Source of the DNA: an uncultured Leptotrichiaceae bacterium
GTDB taxonomy: Bacteria > Fusobacteriota > Fusobacteriia > Fusobacteriales > Leptotrichiaceae
NCBI GenBank assembly: GCA_963550915.1
Contig: CAUVEB010000007.1
Span: 8,439-72,438, forward strand
DNA length: 64,000 nucleotides
Direction of reading: 5' to 3'
Positions within the stretch are counted from its first letter, which is position 1. Each line of letters starts with the position of its first letter. The notes beneath the pieces are model-generated. The model saw only the letters and a list, made by a program, of their open reading frames with translations, was not told the DNA's origin and ran no database searches. Position numbers and translations under genes: made by a program. Below, one piece after another: positions 28,636-38,819 of this stretch.

Positions 28636-28662
28636 CTGGTGTAGTACAGCTACATCAGTTTT
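28636..28662 (+). terminator. intrinsic terminator after leuS
   Basis: 9-bp stem ctggtgtag/ctacatcag (one G-U), loop tacag, T4. Confidence 0.6.
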
Positions 28663-28696
28663 GCTTATATAAAAGTTGTTTAATTTAGGAGAAAAT

Positions 28697-29683
28697 ATGA
28701 AAAAAGTTGCTTTAATAATGGCAGGAGGATCAGGTACTAGATTTTGGCCTTTATCAACAAAAGATATGCCAAAACAATTTTTAAAATTAACATCAGATAA
28801 AACTATGATAGAACAAACTATTGATAGAGTAAGCTTAGTTACAAAAATACAAGATATATATGTAGTGACAAGCGATAAATATAGTAAGATTTTAAAAGAA
28901 ATATTGCCTGATTTTGATAATATAATAATAGAGCCTATGGCAAAAGATACGGCAGCTTGTATAGGATATTCTGTTATGAGTATACTAAAAAAATATAAAG
29001 AAGATGTAATAGTTAGTATCTATCCATCAGATCACTTAATAGGTGATATGGATAAATTTACAAACTATGTACTAGATGCTTACGATATAGCAGAACAAGG
29101 ATATATTGTAACTATGGGTATAAAACCTACTTACCCAGAAACAGCTTACGGATACATTGAATATGAAAATTCTGATGTAGTTGCTTTTAGAGAAAAGCCA
29201 AATATAGATATAGCTGAAAAATATTTTGAGTCAAAAAAATATTTATGGAATAGTGGAATGTTCTTTGTTAAAGCAAGTGTAATCTTAGATGAAATAAAAA
29301 GATATATACCAGAAAGCTTTTATTTATTAGAAAAAAATGAATTTGAAAAATTAAAACCAATATCAATAGATATAGCAGTTATGGAAAAAACTAAAATTGC
29401 AAAGGTGATAGCTGTTGATTTTAAATGGAATGATGTAGGAAGCTTTAATTCTCTTGATAAGGTATTTGAAAAAGATGAAAATAACAGCATAGTTCGTGGA
29501 AATACAAAATACATAGCTTTAAATAGTAGTAAGAATATAATAATAAATGAAGAAGAAGATAAAGTTATAGCAGTAATTGGACTTCACGATATAATAGTTG
29601 TTAATACAAATGGTAAGCTTTTAATATGTCCTAAATCAAAAGGACAAGAAATAAAAAAAATATCAGGACTTATAAATGAATAA
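28697..29683 (+). CDS. manC: mannose-1-phosphate guanylyltransferase (nucleotidyltransferase domain only)
   Basis: N-terminal MAGGSGTRFWPLS signature and YGYIE motif; about 330 aa, so there is no C-terminal cupin/PMI domain; ATG 28697 follows AGGAG. Confidence 0.8.
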   Translation: MKKVALIMAGGSGTRFWPLSTKDMPKQFLKLTSDKTMIEQTIDRVSLVTKIQDIYVVTSDKYSKILKEILPDFDNIIIEPMAKDTAACIGYSVMSILKKYKEDVIVSIYPSDHLIGDMDKFTNYVLDAYDIAEQGYIVTMGIKPTYPETAYGYIEYENSDVVAFREKPNIDIAEKYFESKKYLWNSGMFFVKASVILDEIKRYIPESFYLLEKNEFEKLKPISIDIAVMEKTKIAKVIAVDFKWNDVGSFNSLDKVFEKDENNSIVRGNTKYIALNSSKNIIINEEEDKVIAVIGLHDIIVVNTNGKLLICPKSKGQEIKKISGLINE

Positions 29684-31112
29684 AAATAATATTTTAAAAG
29701 GAACTTTAGTATATACTGGAGCTAATATTGTAACTAAATTAGGTGGTTTAATTTTTCTACCTATAATGACAAGAATATTAACAGAACAAGAATATGGAAT
29801 AATCGGATTATTAGCACCGATTACTACTATATTTACGATAATTTTAGGTTTAGGTTTTTACAATGTATCAATGAAAAAATATGTAGAATTAAAAGATGAT
29901 ATAAATGAATTAGGTTCATTTAATTTTACTATGATACTAAGTATCTTTATTTTATGCCTATTTCTTTTATTGTTTTTAGCACTACCCATATCTAAAACGA
30001 TGTTTATGTATGTACTTAAAGTTAATTATAGTTTAATAGTTGTATCAATTATGATATCAATGGTTAATTCTTTTAATAATATAGCATTAACACTTTTTAG
30101 AATGAAAAGAAGTTATTTTAAAGTGGCACTTGGTTCACTTATTTCGTTTTTTTCAAATTACTTTTTAGCTATATTATTTATAAAAAAATTTAAAATGGGC
30201 GTTTTTGGAAATCAACTAGCAAACTTATTTGCAGTAAGTATCTTATTTATTTACTTTTTCACAAGTTATTTTAAGTATGTAAAAGTAAAATTTTCAAAAA
30301 ATTATCTAACTTACGCCCTATATAATGGTGTACCTTTAATTTTCATTGAATTAACAGATCAATTAGTTAATTTTAGTGATAGATTAATATTAGCACAATA
30401 TAAGGTGTCATTTGCAGTAATAGGTGCGTACACATTAGCTTATACAGGTTCAAGAGTGCTTAGTGTTATAACAAATTCGTTTATTAGTGCTTTCACACCT
30501 GAATTATATGAAAATATTAAAAGTTCAGCAAAAAAACTTGAAAACTTTTTAGCTGTTTTAATGTTTTTTAGTATTATTGGTTCACTTTTCTCAAATGAAG
30601 TAATAAGCTATATCTTTCCAGCACATTATAGACTAGCAGTACCATATATGCCTATAGTATTGGTTTCAGTTATGGCACAGTCTTTATATGCACTTGATTA
30701 CTATTTTCACTACCATGAAAAAAGTGCTTATATTATATATTTTACTGTTTTATCACTTGTTATAAACGTAGGTTTAAACTTGATATTGATACCAATATAC
30801 CCTATGTATTCAGTAGTTGTAGCAGCGATTACGACATTAATTGCTTTTCTATTAAGAGATATAATAGAGTTATACCTTATAAATAAATGGTTTAATATAA
30901 GATTTAATTATATAAATTTATTAAAATACCTATTATTAGCATTTAATCCTGTTATAATTTATCTTACAAGTTATGAAATAGGTATAAAAGGATTTATTTT
31001 AAAATTAGCATATATACTATTTGTATTAGTTTTTGCTCATAAGGAGGTTTTTTCTTGGATAAAATATTTACAATCTTTACTCCTACGTATAATAGAAAAG
31101 ATAAGCTTTTAA
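29676..31112 (+). CDS. wzx: Wzx-type oligosaccharide flippase (MOP superfamily)
   Basis: 478 aa, about 12-14 TM; N-terminal LKGTLVYTGANIVTKLGGLIFLPIMTRILT typical of polysaccharide-biosynthesis flippases. Confidence 0.75.
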   Translation: MNKNNILKGTLVYTGANIVTKLGGLIFLPIMTRILTEQEYGIIGLLAPITTIFTIILGLGFYNVSMKKYVELKDDINELGSFNFTMILSIFILCLFLLLFLALPISKTMFMYVLKVNYSLIVVSIMISMVNSFNNIALTLFRMKRSYFKVALGSLISFFSNYFLAILFIKKFKMGVFGNQLANLFAVSILFIYFFTSYFKYVKVKFSKNYLTYALYNGVPLIFIELTDQLVNFSDRLILAQYKVSFAVIGAYTLAYTGSRVLSVITNSFISAFTPELYENIKSSAKKLENFLAVLMFFSIIGSLFSNEVISYIFPAHYRLAVPYMPIVLVSVMAQSLYALDYYFHYHEKSAYIIYFTVLSLVINVGLNLILIPIYPMYSVVVAAITTLIAFLLRDIIELYLINKWFNIRFNYINLLKYLLLAFNPVIIYLTSYEIGIKGFILKLAYILFVLVFAHKEVFSWIKYLQSLLLRIIEKISF

Positions 31113-31915
31113 GACTATATAACAAACTATTATCTTTTGAATTTAAAGACTTTGTATGGCTTATTATAGATGATGGTTCAACAGATAATACAAAAGATAT
31201 TATAGCTACATTTAAAGATATAGATGTAGAATATGTTTATGTAAAAAATGGTGGAAAGCAAAGAGCTTACAACCTTGCAATTAAAATGGCAAAATCAAAA
31301 TACTTTATATGCCTTGATTCAGATGACTATTATGAAAATGATGCACTTGGTAAGATAAAGGATATTTTAGATAATACAGACGATAAGGTAGCGGGTGCAA
31401 TATATCTATCAAAATATGAAAATGGAGATATAATAGGGACTGGATTTAATATAAATAGAGCAAATCACTTTGATATATATAATAAATATGGGGTTAAAGG
31501 AGACAAAGGTATTTGCTTCAAACTTGATGTATTAAAAAAATATGAATTTAAAATTTTTGATGGTGAAAAATTTACAACAGAGGCATATTTATATAATAAA
31601 ATAGCAAAAGATTATGATATGGTTTGCATAAATGAAGCTTTTGAGATTAAAGAATATTTAAATGACGGTTTAACATCAAAGTATGACAATCTTTTAACAT
31701 CAAACCCTAAAGGGCAAGCCCTTTATTATAACGAGGTGTTTTATCATAAAAAAGATATAATAATAGCATCAAGATATATTAAATTTAGCTTGATAGCAGG
31801 ATACAATCTTTTACATATTATAAGCTTATCAAACGCTAAATTTCATACTATACTAGCATTACCATTAGGACTTTATATGTATTTAAAATATAAGATAAAA
31901 AAAGATAAGGAATAA
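31055..31915 (+). CDS. family 2 glycosyltransferase
   Basis: N-terminal FTIFTPTYNR...IIDDGSTD and DSDD motifs; TTG start 7 nt after AGGAGG; overlaps the wzx 3' end by 58 nt. Confidence 0.8.
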   Translation: MDKIFTIFTPTYNRKDKLLRLYNKLLSFEFKDFVWLIIDDGSTDNTKDIIATFKDIDVEYVYVKNGGKQRAYNLAIKMAKSKYFICLDSDDYYENDALGKIKDILDNTDDKVAGAIYLSKYENGDIIGTGFNINRANHFDIYNKYGVKGDKGICFKLDVLKKYEFKIFDGEKFTTEAYLYNKIAKDYDMVCINEAFEIKEYLNDGLTSKYDNLLTSNPKGQALYYNEVFYHKKDIIIASRYIKFSLIAGYNLLHIISLSNAKFHTILALPLGLYMYLKYKIKKDKE

Positions 31916-31916
31916 A

Positions 31917-33251
31917 ATGACTAAAAAACAAAATATATATTTTCATATAATTATAATAATCTTAAGTATTTTAACTTTTAATTTTTTGTTTGAGTTAAAA
32001 AGCTTAGAAATATTAGTAACAGCTATATATATATACACTTTAATAAATGCAAAATATTATTTATCAATGTTAAACATATACATGATATTTTTATATACCT
32101 TAGGTCTATTTAATTTTAGTAGAATGTTCTTGGATATATTAGGGCATTCTAGTTTTGGTTGGGCTACTAAGTTTGCAAATTACTATTTTATAGAAAGTGT
32201 AAAACATGAAATATTATTTGTTTTTTTATTGACTCTACTATCTATTCATTTAGGATTTTTAATATTTATTAATACTAATGAATTAAATTTTGATTTTAAT
32301 ATAAAAAGAAATGAAAAAGTTATTAAAATCTCCAAAATACTTTTTGTAATATCTATGCCCATGCTTGTTATAAAACTATTAATACAGTTTAGATATATAC
32401 TAATTTATGGATATACTGCATATTACACAGGAGTATTAAAAAATATTGAATATCCAATATATACTATGGGTAGTGGAACTATCATGACTATTGCTTTTAT
32501 ACTGTTTTTAACATCAGTTCCTACAAAAAAAGAATTTAAGATATATTCAAGTATATACTTATTAGTCAAGCTAATTGACTCATTAAAGGGAGCAAGAGCA
32601 ATATTTTTAACACAATTACTATTTATTTTATGGCTTTATAAAAGACAATATAAGATAGAAATAAATTTAAAATATATGCTAAAACTATTTGGTTTTGTTG
32701 CTATATTTTCACAAATACTTGTTAATTTTAGAGAAAAAACTATATTCTCATTTAGATTAATACAAGGATTTTTAAATTTCCTATTCTCACAAGGTGTAAG
32801 TTACTTGGTTTTAGGGTATACTATTGATATGAAAGAAAAAATACCTGATAAACTGTATATATTACAAGGTATTTTTGGATTTAAAGGTCAAGGATATGAT
32901 GCATTAAATACAACTAACTCTCTTGCAGATGTAATTACCTTTAATTTAAATAAAAATGCTTATCTTAAAGGTGAAGGTATAGGTTCTAATTTCATTGCAG
33001 AGGCATATTTACTAGGCATTATATCTATGATAATTATCTTTATACTACTTGGTTATTTTATGACTTATTATGAACTTAAACTTGGTACAAATAGATATTT
33101 ATTAATGTTATCAGTTTACATAGTCCCTAATATATTCTATATTCCAAGAGGTTCACTTTTTGGTGGAGGATTTTTAAAGTTTTTAATAATTTATTCATCA
33201 ATATATTTTATTGTGTATAAAAGAGGTGAAGTAAATGCAAGTAATACCTAA
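31917..33251 (+). CDS. polytopic membrane protein, probable O-antigen/repeat-unit polymerase (Wzy-like)
   Basis: 444 aa, more than 10 TM, no soluble domains; lies between glycosyltransferases in a locus that also encodes Wzx. Call rests on context and topology only. Confidence 0.55.
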   Translation: MTKKQNIYFHIIIIILSILTFNFLFELKSLEILVTAIYIYTLINAKYYLSMLNIYMIFLYTLGLFNFSRMFLDILGHSSFGWATKFANYYFIESVKHEILFVFLLTLLSIHLGFLIFINTNELNFDFNIKRNEKVIKISKILFVISMPMLVIKLLIQFRYILIYGYTAYYTGVLKNIEYPIYTMGSGTIMTIAFILFLTSVPTKKEFKIYSSIYLLVKLIDSLKGARAIFLTQLLFILWLYKRQYKIEINLKYMLKLFGFVAIFSQILVNFREKTIFSFRLIQGFLNFLFSQGVSYLVLGYTIDMKEKIPDKLYILQGIFGFKGQGYDALNTTNSLADVITFNLNKNAYLKGEGIGSNFIAEAYLLGIISMIIIFILLGYFMTYYELKLGTNRYLLMLSVYIVPNIFYIPRGSLFGGGFLKFLIIYSSIYFIVYKRGEVNASNT

Positions 33252-33951
33252 AAAAGCCTATTATATCTGGATAGGTGATAATAAAAAGCCAGAGATATTT
33301 AATAGATGCTATAATTCTTGGCTTACTTATCTAAAAGATTATGAGATAATTGAAATAAATGAAAATAATTTTGATATAGAATACCATAGAAAAAAGAATA
33401 AATTTTTTAATGAATGTTTTGAGAAAAAATTATGGGCTTATTGTAGTGATTATATAAGAACGGTTGTTCTTTATGAAAATGGTGGTATATATCTTGATAT
33501 TGATATGGAACTTTTAAAGCCTATAGATGACTATTTAAGCTATGATTTTTTTATAGGATATGAAAGTAGCCAGTATTTAGGTGTCGGCTTATATGGTGCT
33601 AGTAAAAATAGCATAATACTAAAAAAATTATTAGAATTTTATGAAGAAGATATATATAATAAGGCTTTATGGACTATACCTAAAATACTTACTAATTTAA
33701 TTTTTGAAAATAATTTTGATAAATTAGATAATATATTACTACTTGAAAAAGAGTATTTTTATCCATTCGGATTAAATGAAAAATTTAGTAAATCTGTTAT
33801 AACTAATAAAACTGTTGCCATACATTGGTGGAATGCAAGTTGGAGCAGTTTAAAAAACAAACTATTTTTAGAAACAAAACATTTAAAAGGTATAAAAAAG
33901 ATAATGAAGAAAATAAAAATAGTATTAAGAGTATATTTGAAAGGATATTAG
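33235..33951 (+). CDS. GT32-type glycosyltransferase (DXD sugar-binding region)
   Basis: IPKKAYYIWIGDNKKPE and CSDYIRTVVLYENGGIYLDIDME motifs. Confidence 0.7.
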   Translation: MQVIPKKAYYIWIGDNKKPEIFNRCYNSWLTYLKDYEIIEINENNFDIEYHRKKNKFFNECFEKKLWAYCSDYIRTVVLYENGGIYLDIDMELLKPIDDYLSYDFFIGYESSQYLGVGLYGASKNSIILKKLLEFYEEDIYNKALWTIPKILTNLIFENNFDKLDNILLLEKEYFYPFGLNEKFSKSVITNKTVAIHWWNASWSSLKNKLFLETKHLKGIKKIMKKIKIVLRVYLKGY

Positions 33952-33952
33952 A

Positions 33953-34786
33953 ATGAAAGTATCATTAATTTTACCAACACTGAATAGAACTGATGATTTA
34001 GCTGTATTTTTAGATAGTCTTTTAGAACAGACTTATAAGGATTTTGAGCTAATAGTCATAGACCAAAATAAAGGTGATGAAATAAAAGAAATACTTGATA
34101 ATTATTTAAATAAAATTGATATAAAATATATAAAAAGTGATATTCTAGGTATAAGTGTTAATAGAAATAAGGGCCTTATATGCCGTACTGGAGAAATAAT
34201 TGGATTTCCTGATGATGACTGTTCTTATGCACCTGATACTTTAGAAAAAGTTGTGTCATATTTAAAAGATAAGAAAAAACATATATATTCTTGTAGAACC
34301 CTTGAAAAAGGTAAGAATTATGGTACAGGTATTATGCTTGATTACAATACAAATATTACTGTTTCAAATGCAGATTTAACTGTGAAATCAATAACTTTTT
34401 TTGTTAATATAGAAGGTCAAGATATATATTTATTTGATAAAAAACTTGGTGTTGGAGCTTTATTTGGCAGTGGAGAAGAAACTGATTATGTGCTAAATTT
34501 ACTTCATAAAGGATATGTTGGAGAATATTTTGCAAATGATATAATATATCATCCAGCAAAAAAAGGTAATTATGAAGATTTAGAAAGAGCATATAACTAT
34601 GCACGTGGATATGGAGCTTTATGTAAAAAAGAAGTTGTTGTTAGAAAAAACTATATGTATTTTTTTAAATTTTTAAATAAAATTTTTAGAAGTATAGCTG
34701 GAGTTATGTTTTCAAAACATAAAGATTATCATGGAGAAGTTTTAAAGGGAAGAATATCAGGGTATTTCGGGTATAAAAATGATTAG
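33953..34786 (+). CDS. family 2 glycosyltransferase
   Basis: SLILPTLNR...QTYKDFELIVIDQN and FPDDD motifs. Confidence 0.8.
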   Translation: MKVSLILPTLNRTDDLAVFLDSLLEQTYKDFELIVIDQNKGDEIKEILDNYLNKIDIKYIKSDILGISVNRNKGLICRTGEIIGFPDDDCSYAPDTLEKVVSYLKDKKKHIYSCRTLEKGKNYGTGIMLDYNTNITVSNADLTVKSITFFVNIEGQDIYLFDKKLGVGALFGSGEETDYVLNLLHKGYVGEYFANDIIYHPAKKGNYEDLERAYNYARGYGALCKKEVVVRKNYMYFFKFLNKIFRSIAGVMFSKHKDYHGEVLKGRISGYFGYKND

Positions 34787-35885
34787 AAAAATGTTTAATA
34801 TGATACTAGCTTTTGTTAGTTATCCTTTTTGTAAAATAAAAAAAGATATATGGCTTGTTGGTGGGAATGCAGGAGAGTTATATGTTGATAATGCTCGTGC
34901 AATACACGAGTATTTATTATCTAAAAGAGAAAATGTTTATTGGGTGATAAATAAGGATAGTAAGATAATAGACTATTTTAATGAAAATAAGATAGCCTAC
35001 CTTATAAAAGGTTCATATAAAGCTTATTTATACTTCATGAGTTCGAAGGTTAGTCTTTTTTCTCATTCAATATCAGCAGATATAGCACCATATTTATGTT
35101 CAATACCAATAATAAACTACTTTCATTATAAAAATTATAAGGTGTTTTTAAATCATGGTACAGTTGGGCTAAAAAAAAGAGCTCCAATGAATAAAAAATA
35201 TGAAAAATTAATTGATAAGCTATTAAAATCATATAATCTTAATCCTTGTGATAGTGATAAGGAAAAAGATATTAAGGTAAATTCTTGGAAGATGCCAGAA
35301 AATACAATGTATGTATGTGGTTATCCAAGATATGATAAGCTATATAATAAGATGAATGATGTTGACACAAAAGACATTTTATATATGCCAACTTGGAGAA
35401 ATTATAGTAATACAGATGAATATATAGAAAAAATAAATGAACTTTTAAATAATAAAAATTTATTAAATTATCTTAAAGAAAAAGATATATATTTAAAAGT
35501 ATATGTTCACCAATTAATGCAAGATAAAATCAAGCTTGTAGGCAATTCAAGAGTAATTATTTTAGATAAAAATACTAATATAACAGAGCAACTTTTAATG
35601 TCTAAGATACTTATAACAGACTACTCAAGCGTTGCGTATGATTTTTATTTCATGAAAAAGAAAGTTATCTTTTATCAGTTTGATCAAGAACAGTATCAAT
35701 TAGAAATAGGCTCATATGTAGATCTAAATAATCTTTTTGGTGATGTAGTATTTAGTGCAGATGATGTGGTAAATAGTATTTTAAGTGACAGAGAAATAGA
35801 ACACGATAGATACTTTAAATATGTTGATAATAAAAATTGTGATAGACTTTATAATAGAATATTAAAGGAAGTGTATAATGGATAA
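34779..35885 (+). CDS. CDP-glycerol (or CDP-alditol) glycerophosphotransferase, TagB/TagF family
   Basis: LYMPTWRNY and ILITDYSSVAYDFYFMKKKVIFYQFD motifs characteristic of the Glyphos_transf family. Confidence 0.75.
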   Translation: MIRKMFNMILAFVSYPFCKIKKDIWLVGGNAGELYVDNARAIHEYLLSKRENVYWVINKDSKIIDYFNENKIAYLIKGSYKAYLYFMSSKVSLFSHSISADIAPYLCSIPIINYFHYKNYKVFLNHGTVGLKKRAPMNKKYEKLIDKLLKSYNLNPCDSDKEKDIKVNSWKMPENTMYVCGYPRYDKLYNKMNDVDTKDILYMPTWRNYSNTDEYIEKINELLNNKNLLNYLKEKDIYLKVYVHQLMQDKIKLVGNSRVIILDKNTNITEQLLMSKILITDYSSVAYDFYFMKKKVIFYQFDQEQYQLEIGSYVDLNNLFGDVVFSADDVVNSILSDREIEHDRYFKYVDNKNCDRLYNRILKEVYNG

Positions 35886-36624
35886 GGTCAGTATTATAAC
35901 ACCGGTATATAATAGTGAAAAATATTTAAAAGATACTATAGAAAGTGTTTTAAATCAAACTTACACTAATTTTGAATTAATTTTAATTAATGATAAATCA
36001 AAGGACGCTAGCATAGATATTTGTAATTCATATAAGGATGATAGAATAAAAATTATAGATTTACCTGAAAATGTTGGTGTATGCATGGCAAGAAATATAG
36101 GTATAAAAAGTGCAAGCGGTAGATATATTGCATTTTTAGATTCTGATGATGTTTGGGATAGTAAAAAGCTTGAAAAACAAATATCATTTATGCAAAAAAT
36201 AAATGCCGGTATTTCTTGTACTGAATATGAAAGAGTTGATGAAAAATTAAATAAGATTGGATACATTAAGGTAAAAGAAAAAATAAGCTATAGTGATATG
36301 CTTAAAAATAATTATGTTGGTTGCCTAACTGTCATATTCGATACAAATATATTAGGTAAAATGTATTTTAAACAGATTGATAAAAATGAAGACTATTTAT
36401 TATGGCTTGAGATTATCAAAAAGACTAAGTATATATATGGACTTTGTGAGAATTTAGGTAAATATAGAGTACTTAATTCTTCAAGATCAAGCAATAAGCT
36501 AAAAGTTGTAATGGCAAGATGGGAAATATACAGAAAATACGAACATTTAAATATATTTTCATCATTTTATTACATTGTAAATTATGGTATAATGGCATTA
36601 GTAAAAAATAGGAGAATCAAATGA
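35878..36624 (+). CDS. family 2 glycosyltransferase
   Basis: VSIITPVYNSEKYL...QTYTNFELILINDKSKD and LDSDD motifs. Confidence 0.85.
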   Translation: MDKVSIITPVYNSEKYLKDTIESVLNQTYTNFELILINDKSKDASIDICNSYKDDRIKIIDLPENVGVCMARNIGIKSASGRYIAFLDSDDVWDSKKLEKQISFMQKINAGISCTEYERVDEKLNKIGYIKVKEKISYSDMLKNNYVGCLTVIFDTNILGKMYFKQIDKNEDYLLWLEIIKKTKYIYGLCENLGKYRVLNSSRSSNKLKVVMARWEIYRKYEHLNIFSSFYYIVNYGIMALVKNRRIK

Positions 36625-37892
36625 AAAAAAATATTGATAGAAAAAATTTAACATATCTTTACGTCATTTTAAATTTTTTAATTATATTATTAGCCTTATT
36701 TATCATAAATAAACCTATAAATTATAAGAGTATGGGTATAGTTTTTGTTTCTTACATTTGCTATTACATACTAAATATTTTTAATATGAACTATTTAAGA
36801 TATGATATTAAGCAAGTTTTAGTATGTATAGTTATTAATACTTTCTTGTTTTTCATTAGTACTCTAATATTTTTTAGACAAAATGAAGCTATAATATTTT
36901 TTGGACTTATCATCTTATATCAAATAGTTGCAAAGTATCTTATGTTAAACTATTCAAAAGTAAGACCTAGACTACTTTTTATAGGTGAGAATGAATATAA
37001 AAAAGAAATAAAAGAAGAAGTTATAAAATCAAAACTATATAATATAGTTTTAGATATAACTGAAAGTGAAAAAATAGAAAATCTAATAGACTATATAGAA
37101 AAATATAATATTGATATACTAGTTGATTTTGATACACGTATATTAAAGAACGAGCATATAACAAACTATCTATTTTCTAAAAAAATGCAAGGACTTAAAT
37201 TTTTTAACTATAAAGGTTTTTATGAAGAAATATTAAAAAAATTACCTATAAAAGATTTAAGTAAAAAATATTTTCTACTTGAAAGTGGATTTAGTTCACA
37301 TCAAGATAGACTTAGAAAAAATTTAAAAAGATTATTTGATATTTGTTTTGCAATTGTAATTTTAATACCTGCAATACCAATAATGATAATATCAGCTATA
37401 ATAATAAAGTTAGAATCAAAAGGGAATGTAATCTATTCACAAGAAAGAATAGGAGAAAACAATATACCATTTAAGATATATAAATTTAGATCAATGAGAT
37501 CTGATTCTGAAAAAAATGGACCTTCATGGGCTAGTGAAAATGATAATCGTGTTACAAAATTTGGTAATATAATGAGAAAAACAAGAATAGATGAGTTACC
37601 ACAACTATATAATGTAATAATGGGAGAAATGAGCTTTGTAGGTCCAAGACCTGAAAGACAGTATTTTATTGATACACTTGAAAAAGAAATACCTTATTAC
37701 AATTTAAGACATTTAGTAAAACCTGGACTTACAGGACTAGCACAAGTAAAGTATCCTTATGGGGCAAGTGTTGAAGACGCTTATAGAAAATTACAATATG
37801 ACCTATATTATATAAAAAAATATTCACTATCATTTGATATATTAATCATCTTAGATACTATAAAAATAGTAATATTTGGAAAGGGTAGATAA
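36621..37892 (+). CDS. polyprenyl-phosphate sugar-phosphate transferase (initiating phosphoglycosyl transferase, WbaP/EpsB-like)
   Basis: N-terminal TM bundle plus C-terminal bacterial sugar transferase domain (KRLFDI...SQERIGENNIPFKIYKFRSM...DELPQLYNV..GEMSFVGPRPE). Confidence 0.85.
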   Translation: MKKNIDRKNLTYLYVILNFLIILLALFIINKPINYKSMGIVFVSYICYYILNIFNMNYLRYDIKQVLVCIVINTFLFFISTLIFFRQNEAIIFFGLIILYQIVAKYLMLNYSKVRPRLLFIGENEYKKEIKEEVIKSKLYNIVLDITESEKIENLIDYIEKYNIDILVDFDTRILKNEHITNYLFSKKMQGLKFFNYKGFYEEILKKLPIKDLSKKYFLLESGFSSHQDRLRKNLKRLFDICFAIVILIPAIPIMIISAIIIKLESKGNVIYSQERIGENNIPFKIYKFRSMRSDSEKNGPSWASENDNRVTKFGNIMRKTRIDELPQLYNVIMGEMSFVGPRPERQYFIDTLEKEIPYYNLRHLVKPGLTGLAQVKYPYGASVEDAYRKLQYDLYYIKKYSLSFDILIILDTIKIVIFGKGR

Positions 37893-37895
37893 TAG

Positions 37896-38819
37896 ATGAA
37901 AGAAGTTTTAATTTTAGGTGGTGCAGGATTTATTGGTTCACATATAGCAGAAATATTTTCTGAAAATGAATATAAATGCATAATAGTTGATAATTTAAGC
38001 AAGGGATCTTTAGAAAATATTAAAAACATTAAAAACCATGTATTCTATAATATAGATATTAATGATAAAACAGCTTTAGATGATGTTTTTAAAAAACATA
38101 ATATAGAGTTAGTTTATCATGAAGCTGCACAAATAAGCGTTGTTGAATCAATTAAATACCCTCATTTTGATGCGGTTCAAAATATATTAGGTCTAATAAA
38201 CGTGCTTGATTTAAGTGTTAAATATAAGGTGAAAAAACTAATGTTTGCATCATCAGCAGCAGTTTATGGTATACCAAAAAGTGAAGTTTCAAAAGAAAAT
38301 GATAATCTATCAGCACTTTCATTTTATGGTCTTACTAAAAAGACTGGTGAAGAATATATAAGACTTTATCACGATATATTTGGTCTTGACTATGTAATAT
38401 TTAGATATTCAAATGTATTTGGTGATAGACAATCTGTTCATGGAGAGGCAGGAGTTGTCGCTATATTTAGTGATAGTATGAAACTTGGTAAAAAAATATA
38501 TATTGATGGTGATGGTCTTCAAACAAGAGATTTCATATATGTAAAAGATGTTGCATATGCAAACTACATTGTTGGAATTGAAGATGTTAAAAATGACACA
38601 TATAACTTATCAAATAATAATAAGATTAGTATTTTAGAATTATATAATCTAATGAAAGAAGCTTTTTCGTTTAAAGGAGAGTTAATCTTTAGAGAAGCTA
38701 GAAAAGGCGATATAAGAGATAGCAGACTTGATAATACAAAACTTTTAACTATAAGCTCATATAGACCAAAATATAGTGTTAAAGACGGGCTAAATGAATA
38801 TGCAAGGAGTATGAAATAA
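37896..38819 (+). CDS. NAD-dependent sugar-nucleotide epimerase (GalE-like)
   Basis: GGAGFIGSH Rossmann motif and YGLTKKTGE (YxxxK); 307 aa. Confidence 0.8.
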   Translation: MKEVLILGGAGFIGSHIAEIFSENEYKCIIVDNLSKGSLENIKNIKNHVFYNIDINDKTALDDVFKKHNIELVYHEAAQISVVESIKYPHFDAVQNILGLINVLDLSVKYKVKKLMFASSAAVYGIPKSEVSKENDNLSALSFYGLTKKTGEEYIRLYHDIFGLDYVIFRYSNVFGDRQSVHGEAGVVAIFSDSMKLGKKIYIDGDGLQTRDFIYVKDVAYANYIVGIEDVKNDTYNLSNNNKISILELYNLMKEAFSFKGELIFREARKGDIRDSRLDNTKLLTISSYRPKYSVKDGLNEYARSMK

